Assembly (NCBI GenBank): GCA_002506365.1
Contig: DAXK01000048.1
Span: 18,627-82,626 of the forward strand
From: an archaeon UBA583
GTDB taxonomy: Archaea; Nanobdellota; Nanobdellia; Woesearchaeales; UBA583
Direction: 5' to 3'
Length of the DNA: 64,000 nucleotides
Positions 18,496 to 26,439 of this stretch are shown piece after piece (position 1 is the first letter of the stretch; every line of letters starts with the position of its first letter). The translations under genes were made by a program, and so were the position numbers. A model generated the notes under the pieces. That model was not told where the DNA came from and made no database searches. It worked only from the letters and a program-made list of their open reading frames with translations.

Positions 18496-19734
18496 CTATA
18501 ATGGTTTCATTAAACCAATTTTTTCCATATTTTTCCACCTAATATTTTCCATAGTATGATAAAACTTAGATGAGGGGAACTGTTTAAATCCTAATCCTAA
18601 ACCTTGAGTATCCTTCCCAGTTAAAACAAAATCAATATGTGCTTTAATTGGTGTAGTAGGTTTTTTTAATCTATTTCCATCTTGAAATTTATTTAATTTA
18701 TTAACACTTGAACTAAAAGGTAAATGTCCAAAATTATTTTTAGCTCCAGCATAAATAACTAAATCTACTAATTCTTGTTTAATTAATGGTTTACACATTA
18801 CTGAACTATATTTTTCATCAATAAAATCTCCAATTAATTCATCAGCCCCTCCAGTTACAGGTCTTGCTGAAATTTTATCTAATGTATCAACTGTATCAAC
18901 TAACGCTGCTCCAATCATTGCTGAATAAGCTGCCTTTGGACCTTGTGGCAAAAATAATCTCCCAACTGTTGAAATCATCGCATCATCACAACAACCAAAC
19001 TCATTCTCTCTTTTAATATATAAACAAAATTGATTATCAATATTTCGTCTATAATCACTTTCCAAACTATGAAATTTTTCTAAAACTCCATATTTATATA
19101 ATAATTCTTCTAAATCTTCACCAACTCCCTTTGATGATAATTTTGAAAGTTTTAATCCTTCCAAATCTCTAACTGCATCATAATTTGCAACATGACAATT
19201 CCCACCACCAATATTAATTTTTTTCCCATTAATGTCTCTATATAATTTGGAAACTCTTTGTCTATTTTCAAACTTATCAACTTGAGAAAAAATATAAGCT
19301 CCTTTCAAAAAAGCTTCCTCATCATAAATTACTGCATCTCTAAAATTATTTAATTCAAATGGAGTATCTAAAGTAGGTAAATTAATCATTCTAAGATATT
19401 CACCATGTTTAGAACCTAATAACGAACTTCTTTTATCTTTTTTACCTGTAACAATATCACAAACTTCCCCTAATAATCCCTTAGTTCCTTCAATATGGGA
19501 ACTTACATATTCTCTAACTGACCGCCCTTTATCTTCAAGAGGGTGTAATAAATCTAGAATTGTTGTTTCTGGGTATGCATTACCTCCATGTATATGTCCA
19601 TTATTTATTCTTCCAAGTTGAGATAAATAACTAATTGGTTCTATAATTCTAGCATAATTATTTGTGTCTAAATTAGACTGATTAAACCTTGTCACAGGAA
19701 TAACTTTATTTGTTGGGATAACTCCTTCAATCAT
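18496..19734 (-). CDS. conserved-looking soluble protein of unknown function (about 412 aa)
   Basis: The track start is GTG 19752, with an ATG at 19734. Low-complexity-free sequence with Gly-rich motifs (NGHIHGGNAYPE, NIGGGNCHVANYD, RPVTGGADELIGDF). I could not place it in a family. Confidence 0.5.
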   Translation of the reverse strand: MIEGVIPTNKVIPVTRFNQSNLDTNNYARIIEPISYLSQLGRINNGHIHGGNAYPETTILDLLHPLEDKGRSVREYVSSHIEGTKGLLGEVCDIVTGKKDKRSSLLGSKHGEYLRMINLPTLDTPFELNNFRDAVIYDEEAFLKGAYIFSQVDKFENRQRVSKLYRDINGKKINIGGGNCHVANYDAVRDLEGLKLSKLSSKGVGEDLEELLYKYGVLEKFHSLESDYRRNIDNQFCLYIKRENEFGCCDDAMISTVGRLFLPQGPKAAYSAMIGAALVDTVDTLDKISARPVTGGADELIGDFIDEKYSSVMCKPLIKQELVDLVIYAGAKNNFGHLPFSSSVNKLNKFQDGNRLKKPTTPIKAHIDFVLTGKDTQGLGLGFKQFPSSKFYHTMENIRWKNMEKIGLMKPL

Positions 19735-19924
19735 TTTAATTTGTTCAAACACACAATTGATTTGTTGTTTATACTCACTTATGGTTTTTAATACTTATAA
19801 GTCTTTCGCAAGTATTACTACTAATAGTTACAACACAAAATTTGTAAAATAGAATAATTTTCAATTTAAATTTATTTAATTAGAATTTGAAATAAGAAAA
19901 AATAATTGCTTATTTTTTAAAATA

Positions 19925-19996
19925 AGCGCCTGGCGCGAATTGAACACGCGACCTGCGGTTTACAAGACCGCCGCTCTACCCCTGAGCTACAGACGC
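19925..19996 (-). tRNA. tRNA-Thr (anticodon UGU)
   Basis: The reverse complement folds as a cloverleaf: GCGTCTG TA GCTC AGGGGTA GAGC G GCGGT CTTGTAA ACCGC AGGTC GCGTG TTCAATT CGCGC CAGGCGC plus discriminator U. No CCA is encoded and there is no intron. It is a GC-rich island in AT-rich DNA. Confidence 0.9.
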
Positions 19997-20058
19997 ATTA
20001 GGTAAATATAATAAGTTATTATCCCTTTAAAAACTTTTCGATATATGTCTTAATAAAA

Positions 20059-20610
20059 TTATTTTAATTCTGCATACGCAATTGGCGTATTTTTAGCTGT
20101 ATCCCATAAAACAAAATATTTATGTTCATTTAAATCAACTTTATTTGGAATTTCATAACTTTGATCTCCAACAGTTCCAAGTAAGGAATTAGATAAATAT
20201 ATCACACTTCTTCCAGCAATATTTGTAGATAAAGCAGGTTTTAAATTATTAGTTTTAGTAACTTTAAAATTATTAAAAAATACAAACTTTTTTTCTTTTT
20301 TTAATTTAACTTCTAAATTTCCTTGGATAATAATATTATCATCTAAACTTTTAAAATCTCCAAAACTTTTATCTTCAACAACATATAATGATTTTAAATT
20401 TGAGTCATAATTTTCAACATAATTTTCTGGAACTACTTTATTAGATTCAATATTATAATTTACAATTCTAACTGTTGTAAAAACTAAAAATACTATAACC
20501 ATAAAAAGAATTGATAATCTAATAACCATTGTTTTTGCATCATATTCAATAATGTAATTTTCCAATTCTCTTTTTTCATGATTTTGATTTTTACGATGTT
20601 TAGATTTCAT
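20059..20610 (-). CDS. membrane-anchored DM13-like domain protein
   Basis: N-terminal TM (LSILFMVIVFLVFTTV). The C-terminal FGDFKSLD...FVFFNNFKVTKTNNLKPALS...LGTVGDQSYEIP..VDLNEHKYFVLWDTAKNTPIAYAEL resembles DM13 domains. Confidence 0.4.
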   Translation of the reverse strand: MKSKHRKNQNHEKRELENYIIEYDAKTMVIRLSILFMVIVFLVFTTVRIVNYNIESNKVVPENYVENYDSNLKSLYVVEDKSFGDFKSLDDNIIIQGNLEVKLKKEKKFVFFNNFKVTKTNNLKPALSTNIAGRSVIYLSNSLLGTVGDQSYEIPNKVDLNEHKYFVLWDTAKNTPIAYAELK

Positions 20611-20780
20611 TTTTCAAGTTATATAATTTTATTTTATATTGACTAATATTATAATTATTTAATTTTAAATTAGTATTTAATATTTACTAACTACTCATAA
20701 TTTAATGCTGTGGATACCTAGTATACTGTTTTACAAATTTTGATTTAATTATATAATTAATATAATATTTAAAATTATAT

Positions 20781-20797
20781 ATAATACAATGTATTAT
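20781..20797. promoter_or_regulatory. 17-bp perfect palindrome ATAATACA-A-TGTATTAT (candidate operator, copy 1)
   Basis: Verified base by base. Lies in the 375-bp divergent intergenic region. Confidence 0.4.
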
Positions 20798-20868
20798 TTA
20801 ACTTTATTTTTATTAAATATATATTCTATCTGTTCACAGTAACAAATAACTAGTTTCCAAAGAATTAA

Positions 20869-20885
20869 ATTATACAATGTATAAT
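20869..20885. promoter_or_regulatory. 17-bp perfect palindrome ATTATACA-A-TGTATAAT (candidate operator, copy 2)
   Basis: Shares the 11-nt core ATACAATGTAT with copy 1. Centres are 88 bp apart. Confidence 0.4.
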
Positions 20886-20985
20886 ATATTATTTAAATTT
20901 TATATAAATCTTTACTTTACTAAATATTAGTAATTTTTTTGAAAACTTTAAAAATGAAGAAATATTATTTAAAATATTATATAAA

Positions 20986-21876
20986 ATGGGACATAATTAT
21001 TTAGAAAATATTGAAAAAATTAAAGAACAAAATATTAAAATTTTACAAGATGTAAATTCATCTGGTTGTTTAAAAATAGCCTCAATTTTTGAATTAATGA
21101 ATATTGCTGATCAAGATTCATTAAAAGCTTTATACAAATGTATTAGAGAGGATAAATGTGAATTAGTAAGACATGAAGCAGTATTTGCTCTAGGAGAAAC
21201 AGCTCCTGAAGAAAATACTACCAAATTTTTAAAAGAAATTCTTGAATTTGATGATAGTTTAGTTGTAAAACATGAATGTTTAATGTCTCTTGGAACAATT
21301 GGAAATAAAGATGATATTGATTTTATCAAACAATTTACTAAAAGTCCATTATTTGAAATTAAATGTTCAGCACTTTCAGCAATTGATAGAATTAATCAAA
21401 CAATTGACTATGAAAATGAAGTTTCAAAAAATATTGATAAATATATTCAAATTTTACACGATAAAAAAACACATTCACAAAATGCAAGAATTCAAATTTT
21501 ATTTCAATTAATGTTGATTCAAACACCAAAAGCATTACAAGCAATTCATAAATGTTTAAAAGAAGATATTTGTAGAGTTGTAAGACACGAAGCAGGATTT
21601 GTATTAGGAGAAATTGGAACTGATACTGCTGTTGAAATGATGGAAGATTCATTATTATCTGAATCTACAAATATTACAATCCATGAAACATTATTTGCTT
21701 TAGGAACATCTGGAAATAAATTAGCTTTACCAATAATTCAAAGATACTTAGATCATCCAGATTATGTAGTATCTGAATCTGCAGTAATTGCTAAAGAAAG
21801 AATTGAAGTTTTAAAAACTCCCTACTCTGGAGCAAGACATTTTGGAACTGAACATCAACATTCAGCCACAAAATAA
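20986..21876 (+). CDS. deoxyhypusine hydroxylase-like HEAT-repeat di-iron protein
   Basis: 296 aa with four His-Glu motifs in a 2+2 symmetric layout: VRHEAVFALGE (H63), VKHECLMSLGTIG (H96), VRHEAGFVLGEIG (H201), TIHETLFALGTSG (H233). The intra-pair spacing of 33 and 32 residues compares with 33 in human DOHH as I recall it. Confidence 0.7.
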   Translation: MGHNYLENIEKIKEQNIKILQDVNSSGCLKIASIFELMNIADQDSLKALYKCIREDKCELVRHEAVFALGETAPEENTTKFLKEILEFDDSLVVKHECLMSLGTIGNKDDIDFIKQFTKSPLFEIKCSALSAIDRINQTIDYENEVSKNIDKYIQILHDKKTHSQNARIQILFQLMLIQTPKALQAIHKCLKEDICRVVRHEAGFVLGEIGTDTAVEMMEDSLLSESTNITIHETLFALGTSGNKLALPIIQRYLDHPDYVVSESAVIAKERIEVLKTPYSGARHFGTEHQHSATK

Positions 21877-21889
21877 CTTTTGCTAAAAC

Positions 21890-21912
21890 TTTTTGAACAT
21901 TTTGTTCAAAAA
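21890..21912 (+). terminator. hairpin after the DOHH-like gene
   Basis: 9-bp inverted repeat TTTTTGAAC/GTTCAAAAA with a 5-nt loop, 14 nt after the stop codon. GTTTTTAT lies downstream. Confidence 0.4.
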
Positions 21913-21950
21913 AACAAGTTTTTATATATTCTTTAGCCTAAATATTTCTT

Positions 21951-22517
21951 ATGGAAAAAAATCAAATCATTAGATGTTTTGGAACTGGAAATTCCATTTA
22001 TGAAAAATACCACGATACTGAGTGGGCAAAACCAATTCACAATGATAGATTATTATTTGAATATTTAATTTTAGAAGGAGCACACGCAGGTTTATCTTGG
22101 CTTACAATATTAAATAAACGAGAAAATTATAGATTAGCTTATGATAACTTTGAACCAGAAATCGTTGCAAAATATGATGAAAATAAAATTCTAGAATTAT
22201 TAGAGGACTCCGGGATTGTAAGACACAAACTTAAAATCCTCGCAAGCATAAAAAATGCTAATGTTTTTTTAGCGATTCAAAAAGAATTTGGGAGTTTCGA
22301 TAAATATATGTGGAGTTATGTAAATAATAAAACAATTAAAAATAATTGGAAAGAACGTGAACAAGTTCCAGGTTCAACAGAAATATCTGATAAAATCTCA
22401 AAAGATTTGAAAAAACGAGGAATGAGTTTTGTAGGAACAACTATTATTTACGCTTTTATGCAGGCAGTTGGAATGGTTGATGACCACTTTGTCGGTTGTT
22501 GTGCTTATAGAAAGTAA
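21951..22517 (+). CDS. tag: DNA-3-methyladenine glycosylase I
   Basis: RCFGTGNSIYEKYHDTEWAKPIHNDRLLFEYLILEGAHAGLSWLTILNKRENYR and the C-terminal DDHFVGC Zn-site region are canonical Tag. Confidence 0.9.
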   Translation: MEKNQIIRCFGTGNSIYEKYHDTEWAKPIHNDRLLFEYLILEGAHAGLSWLTILNKRENYRLAYDNFEPEIVAKYDENKILELLEDSGIVRHKLKILASIKNANVFLAIQKEFGSFDKYMWSYVNNKTIKNNWKEREQVPGSTEISDKISKDLKKRGMSFVGTTIIYAFMQAVGMVDDHFVGCCAYRK

Positions 22518-22675
22518 TTTTAAACCTAATATTTATTTATTCTCTAAAAAAGATTTATTATTTTTAGATAAAATTTTAGAAAAATTAGAGTTGGAATTAG
22601 TTTGTGTTTTTTTACCTGATTCGGACAATATGATTAATTTAATTAAATATATTCCATCAATTTTTGACAATAATA

Positions 22676-22695
22676 AATTGTGATTAATCACAATT
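22676..22695. repeat. 20-bp perfect palindrome AATTGTGATTAATCACAATT
   Basis: Checked pairwise for positions 22676-22695. Lies in a 444-bp non-coding gap. Confidence 0.6.
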
Positions 22696-22894
22696 CCCCA
22701 AAACTCTTCGATTTTTAGTGTCTAAACATTCTTCCAGAAAATAGAAGAAAAAGAACTCAATTGATAAGAAAAGGAAAATAAAAAATTACTTTTTATTTCT
22801 TAACGCGATAAATCGCTAAAATAAAAAATAATTTCAAATTAATCTTTTTCGCTCGATTTCCGCGAAAAATTAGAATAAAAATTTTATTTTTTAC

Positions 22895-22926
22895 AAAACT
22901 GGAACTTCACTTCGTTCACCAGTTTT
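22895..22926 (-). terminator. hairpin downstream of the Nog1-like gene
   Basis: AAAACTGG/CCAGTTTT 8-bp stem extended by AAC/GTT after a 2-nt bulge. Two further hairpins lie at 22845-22869 (TTTTTCGC/GCGAAAAA) and 22805-22816 (GCGAT/ATCGC), each followed on the minus strand by ATTTTTTATTTT-like tracts. Confidence 0.35.
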
Positions 22927-22961
22927 CAAAAAAATAAAATAAAATTTTAAAAAGTAAAAAT

Positions 22962-24026
22962 CTATCTAATAGTCTTTAATTTAGATGGATCAAACTTTGG
23001 CTTTTTAGCTAAATAATCATCTAAAATAAACTTTTTAATCTCTTCTGAATCAGTAAAAAACTTATACTTCTTTAAACCTTTCATAGCTTCAATTCTTCTC
23101 TCAGTATCCTCTTCATTATAAATATCAGTCTTAGATAAATACAATACAACAGGTTTATCATCTGATGAAACTTTCTTCAATAAAGCTAATTGTTGTTCAA
23201 CTCTATATCCACAAGACTCAGTAAAATCAATAACAAAAATCATTGATTGACAATAATCTCTTAATACAATCTCAGCTCTCTCTTCAATTCCATTATTTTT
23301 ATCTCTACCTAATAAACCAGGAGTATCAATCATTTGAATTGCCTTTTGTTCCTTATAATATAAATAAGAAAACATTAAACCCTTAGTTGTAAAAGGATAA
23401 TTTTGAATTTCAACATTTGAACCAGTAACTTTCTTCATTAAAGTAGACTTTCCAACATTTGGAAATCCAGCAATAGTTACAGTATATAAATCTTCAAAAG
23501 TTGGTAACTTATTCATAAACATTCTCGCATCATCTAAAGTTTTAAATGCTTTTTTAGACTTTGAAAATAAAGAATTAATCTTTCCTAAATGTTTCTTCAT
23601 TAAAAATCCACTAGTTTCTTGACTCTTTACCTTCTTTAACTTAAACTCTGTTTTTTGAGTAAACTCATCAGAACCATCACAAATCCATTTTAAATCTGCT
23701 AAAGCTTCCTTAATATCTCTAACTGGAGTTTCTGAAGTATTAATTAAATCAACATAAACCTTATTTACTTTCATAAAATTTGGAAATTGTTTCATTAACT
23801 TTCTAACATCATTATTAATTTTAGTATTTAGATGTCTAACTTTTTGTAACTCTAAATCCTTTCTTTTATTTAAATTATTCTCTTCTGCTGTTTTTCTTTG
23901 AAAAGATGCTACTCTTTTAAATCTATTATCAACAACTAACTTCTCTTTTGCTGCAAAATCTTGCATTGACTTCATTGCTCTGTCAATATAAAAATTTTCT
24001 TTTTCTATTTTTGGTATTTTAAACAT
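22962..24026 (-). CDS. Nog1-type (archaeal/eukaryotic) GTP-binding protein
   Basis: IAGFPNVGKSTLMKK (G1), DTPGLL (G3), LSKTD (G4), and an N-terminal NOG1-like helical region. Confidence 0.8.
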   Translation of the reverse strand: MFKIPKIEKENFYIDRAMKSMQDFAAKEKLVVDNRFKRVASFQRKTAEENNLNKRKDLELQKVRHLNTKINNDVRKLMKQFPNFMKVNKVYVDLINTSETPVRDIKEALADLKWICDGSDEFTQKTEFKLKKVKSQETSGFLMKKHLGKINSLFSKSKKAFKTLDDARMFMNKLPTFEDLYTVTIAGFPNVGKSTLMKKVTGSNVEIQNYPFTTKGLMFSYLYYKEQKAIQMIDTPGLLGRDKNNGIEERAEIVLRDYCQSMIFVIDFTESCGYRVEQQLALLKKVSSDDKPVVLYLSKTDIYNEEDTERRIEAMKGLKKYKFFTDSEEIKKFILDDYLAKKPKFDPSKLKTIR

Positions 24027-24437
24027 TTTGATACGCCTCGTATAATTATATTCAAATAAACTCTAACTATTTAGAAATTTATCACACAAATATTATAATT
24101 AAATATCCTCGAAAATTCAAACCACATTTTATCTGAACTTCTAGTTTAATTATCTAATAAAAATTAATCAAAATTCATTTATAAAGGTAGGTTATTTAAC
24201 TTATTTTAATTAAATAATATAAACTAACTCAAACATTTTAATCAATTTAACAAATCAATCTAACAATTAAATTTAATTAATCAATTTAGTTATTTAATCC
24301 AAATACTTTCATTTTTATAAAAATCAACAACTAATTCTAAACAATAAACAATATATACAAACAATTTTTACAATTATTATGAATTTGCTTAAAAGTTAAT
24401 AGAAATATTTAAAAATAAAAAATGCTAAAATCTCAGT

Positions 24438-24959
24438 ATGGCAAACTTTAGTGAAACTCCTCTAATGGAATTAGTCCTTAGAAGATACGAAACTCCTCAC
24501 GATTTATCTGAGAGAGATGCTTTAAAAAAAATCTGTTTATCTTTAGGTTTATTACAACCAGGAGATAGTCGTGATGTAATTGTAGATATTTTAATGGTTC
24601 TAGAAAGAGCTAAAAAAGATAAAAGAGAAATTTCCGCTGTTGAAATTAAAGATGAACTTTTAGAAATTAGAAAAGAAAATGGTTTATCCTTAAATGGGAC
24701 TGCTGATTCTAATATTAGAAGACAATTAAAAAGATTAAGAGATATTTTTTTAGTTGAAAAAATTAAAAATAATTATAGAATTTTAGAATTTATGAGTTTA
24801 GAACAAATTTTTGAAACTAAAATTAAAAAAATTATTCTAGATGCTGTTTTAACAAGAAATGCTGAATATTTTAATTATTATACAAAATATGAATCAGATA
24901 ATAAAACTGAACCAACAACAATTGAAGAACTAAAAGCTCAAAGTGAGGATTCATTTTAA
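24438..24959 (+). CDS. conserved archaeal winged-helix-like protein
   Basis: 173 aa. LVLRRYETPHDLSERDALKKICLSLGLLQPGDSRDVIVDILMVL resembles a family of archaeal DNA-binding proteins. Weak. Confidence 0.35.
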   Translation: MANFSETPLMELVLRRYETPHDLSERDALKKICLSLGLLQPGDSRDVIVDILMVLERAKKDKREISAVEIKDELLEIRKENGLSLNGTADSNIRRQLKRLRDIFLVEKIKNNYRILEFMSLEQIFETKIKKIILDAVLTRNAEYFNYYTKYESDNKTEPTTIEELKAQSEDSF

Positions 24960-24960
24960 A

Positions 24961-25878
24961 ATGAAAATTACTAAATCAAACAATTCAATAAAATCATACT
25001 TTGCTATTTTATTTTTAGCATTTGCTTTAGTTTTATCTGGTTGTTCATCTGATTCAGGAGCAAAAGAATCAGGAATTTTAGGAATTGGTGGAGGTTCATC
25101 TTCAACTAGTTCAAGTGGGAGCGGAGTATCAATTAACTTTCAAGATTTAAGTTTTAAACCACAAAAAGATAATGAATTTTCAATGGTTATGGAATTAAAA
25201 AATTATCAATTACATGATGTTGATGTGAAAGTTAGACCATCAGGTTTTGACTGGAATTATTTACAATCAGGACTTGAAAGAGAATTTGTATTATCATTAA
25301 GTAAGGGGACAACAGATGCTCCAAATCAAAATGCTCACTATATTGAAGGAATTAAATTATCTGGATTTACAGGAGATTATAATTGGAATCCAACATTTAA
25401 ATACTGTTATACTGCAAAATCTACATTTAGAGAACAAGTATGTATTCCTGATAAATTAAATGGATGTTCAGCAGATATTAAATCAGACAAATTTGAAAAT
25501 GGATTATTATCAACAAAAGTTAATTCAATTTATCCAATTTCATCAGATAAAATTGGTGTAGAATTTCAAGTTTCAAACTCAGGAAAAGGAGTTGTTGTAA
25601 ATGAATGTTTTCAAGACGAAAATAAAAATGACTTTGGAAACAAAATTACTGACCCAGTTGTAAAATTAGGAACAACTATTGGAACTTGCTCTGCTACTTC
25701 AACATCAAACGGATTTGCTTTAAATCAAAATAAATTACAATTTAAATGTGAATTTCAAAGAAGTGGGGATGCTTCAGAATCTTACGCATCACAAGTTACA
25801 GTTGACTATGAATACTTATACTCACAAAGTGTAAAAAATCAAATTACAATTGTAGATTTAGAAAATAGGAATAGGTAA
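24961..25878 (+). CDS. lipoprotein, Ser/Gly-rich linker plus beta-rich domain
   Basis: The track start is GTG 24943, with ATG at 24961. Signal/lipobox FALVLSGCSS. Confidence 0.55.
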   Translation: MKITKSNNSIKSYFAILFLAFALVLSGCSSDSGAKESGILGIGGGSSSTSSSGSGVSINFQDLSFKPQKDNEFSMVMELKNYQLHDVDVKVRPSGFDWNYLQSGLEREFVLSLSKGTTDAPNQNAHYIEGIKLSGFTGDYNWNPTFKYCYTAKSTFREQVCIPDKLNGCSADIKSDKFENGLLSTKVNSIYPISSDKIGVEFQVSNSGKGVVVNECFQDENKNDFGNKITDPVVKLGTTIGTCSATSTSNGFALNQNKLQFKCEFQRSGDASESYASQVTVDYEYLYSQSVKNQITIVDLENRNR

Positions 25879-25884
25879 ATAAAA

Positions 25885-26226
25885 ATGTTTTGGAAAGAAA
25901 AAAGAATAATTATCGGATTAATCGAGAGTATAACTCTAGAAAATGGAGTCACATATAAAGCAAAAATCGATACAGGGGCAGATTCTAGTTCAATTGACCA
26001 AAACTTATTAGAAAAATTAGGTGAGAAAAAAATTTTATCTCACAAAATTGTAAAATCTGCTTTGGGTAGAACAAAAAGACCAACTGTTAGACTAGAAGTA
26101 GAATTCCAAGGTAAAAAATTTTCTGAAAAGTTTTCAGTCGCTGACAGAAGTCATCTAAGATATAAAGTTTTAGTTGGAAAAGATATTTTAAAAAAAGAAG
26201 GATTTTTAATTGATCCTACAAAATAA
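25885..26226 (+). CDS. retropepsin-like protease of the RimK-associated family (DUF785/Zn_protease)
   Basis: YKAKIDTGADSSSID (Asp-Thr-Gly active-site motif) and SVADRSHLRYKVLVGKDIL are typical of this family. Confidence 0.75.
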   Translation: MFWKEKRIIIGLIESITLENGVTYKAKIDTGADSSSIDQNLLEKLGEKKILSHKIVKSALGRTKRPTVRLEVEFQGKKFSEKFSVADRSHLRYKVLVGKDILKKEGFLIDPTK

Positions 26227-26439
26227 TTAATATTATATTATGATATATTTAATATATTATTATTATTTTATTTCTATTTATTTTAATTCATAACTCAATT
26301 TAATTTTAATATTTATACTATTTAACGATTAATATTATTTTTTAATCGTATATAAAAATTATTAATTCTTAATTATTTGATTGTTTATATCTCCAACCCA
26401 ATGTTTATAAACAACCAATTCTTTAAAATATTTAGATAC

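Noticed and set aside
19786-19814. Recurrent ATACTT/AAGTAT inverted pairs (19786-19814, 58224-58236, 57733-57822) considered as a shared operator
   Set aside because: Spacing differs at every locus (13 nt, 1 nt, none) and the half-site is only 6 nt of mostly A/T. This is underpowered without genome-wide statistics.
22468-22683. 71-aa ORF overlapping the 3' end of tag and running into the non-coding gap
   Set aside because: It overlaps tag by 50 nt, has no motif, and ends inside the 20-bp palindrome. The region is better explained as non-coding.
22676-22695. TGTGA-N4-TCACA inside the 20-bp palindrome looked like a CRP/FNR-type site
   Set aside because: The CRP consensus spacing is N6 and the organism appears archaeal. 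I kept it only as an unexplained palindrome.
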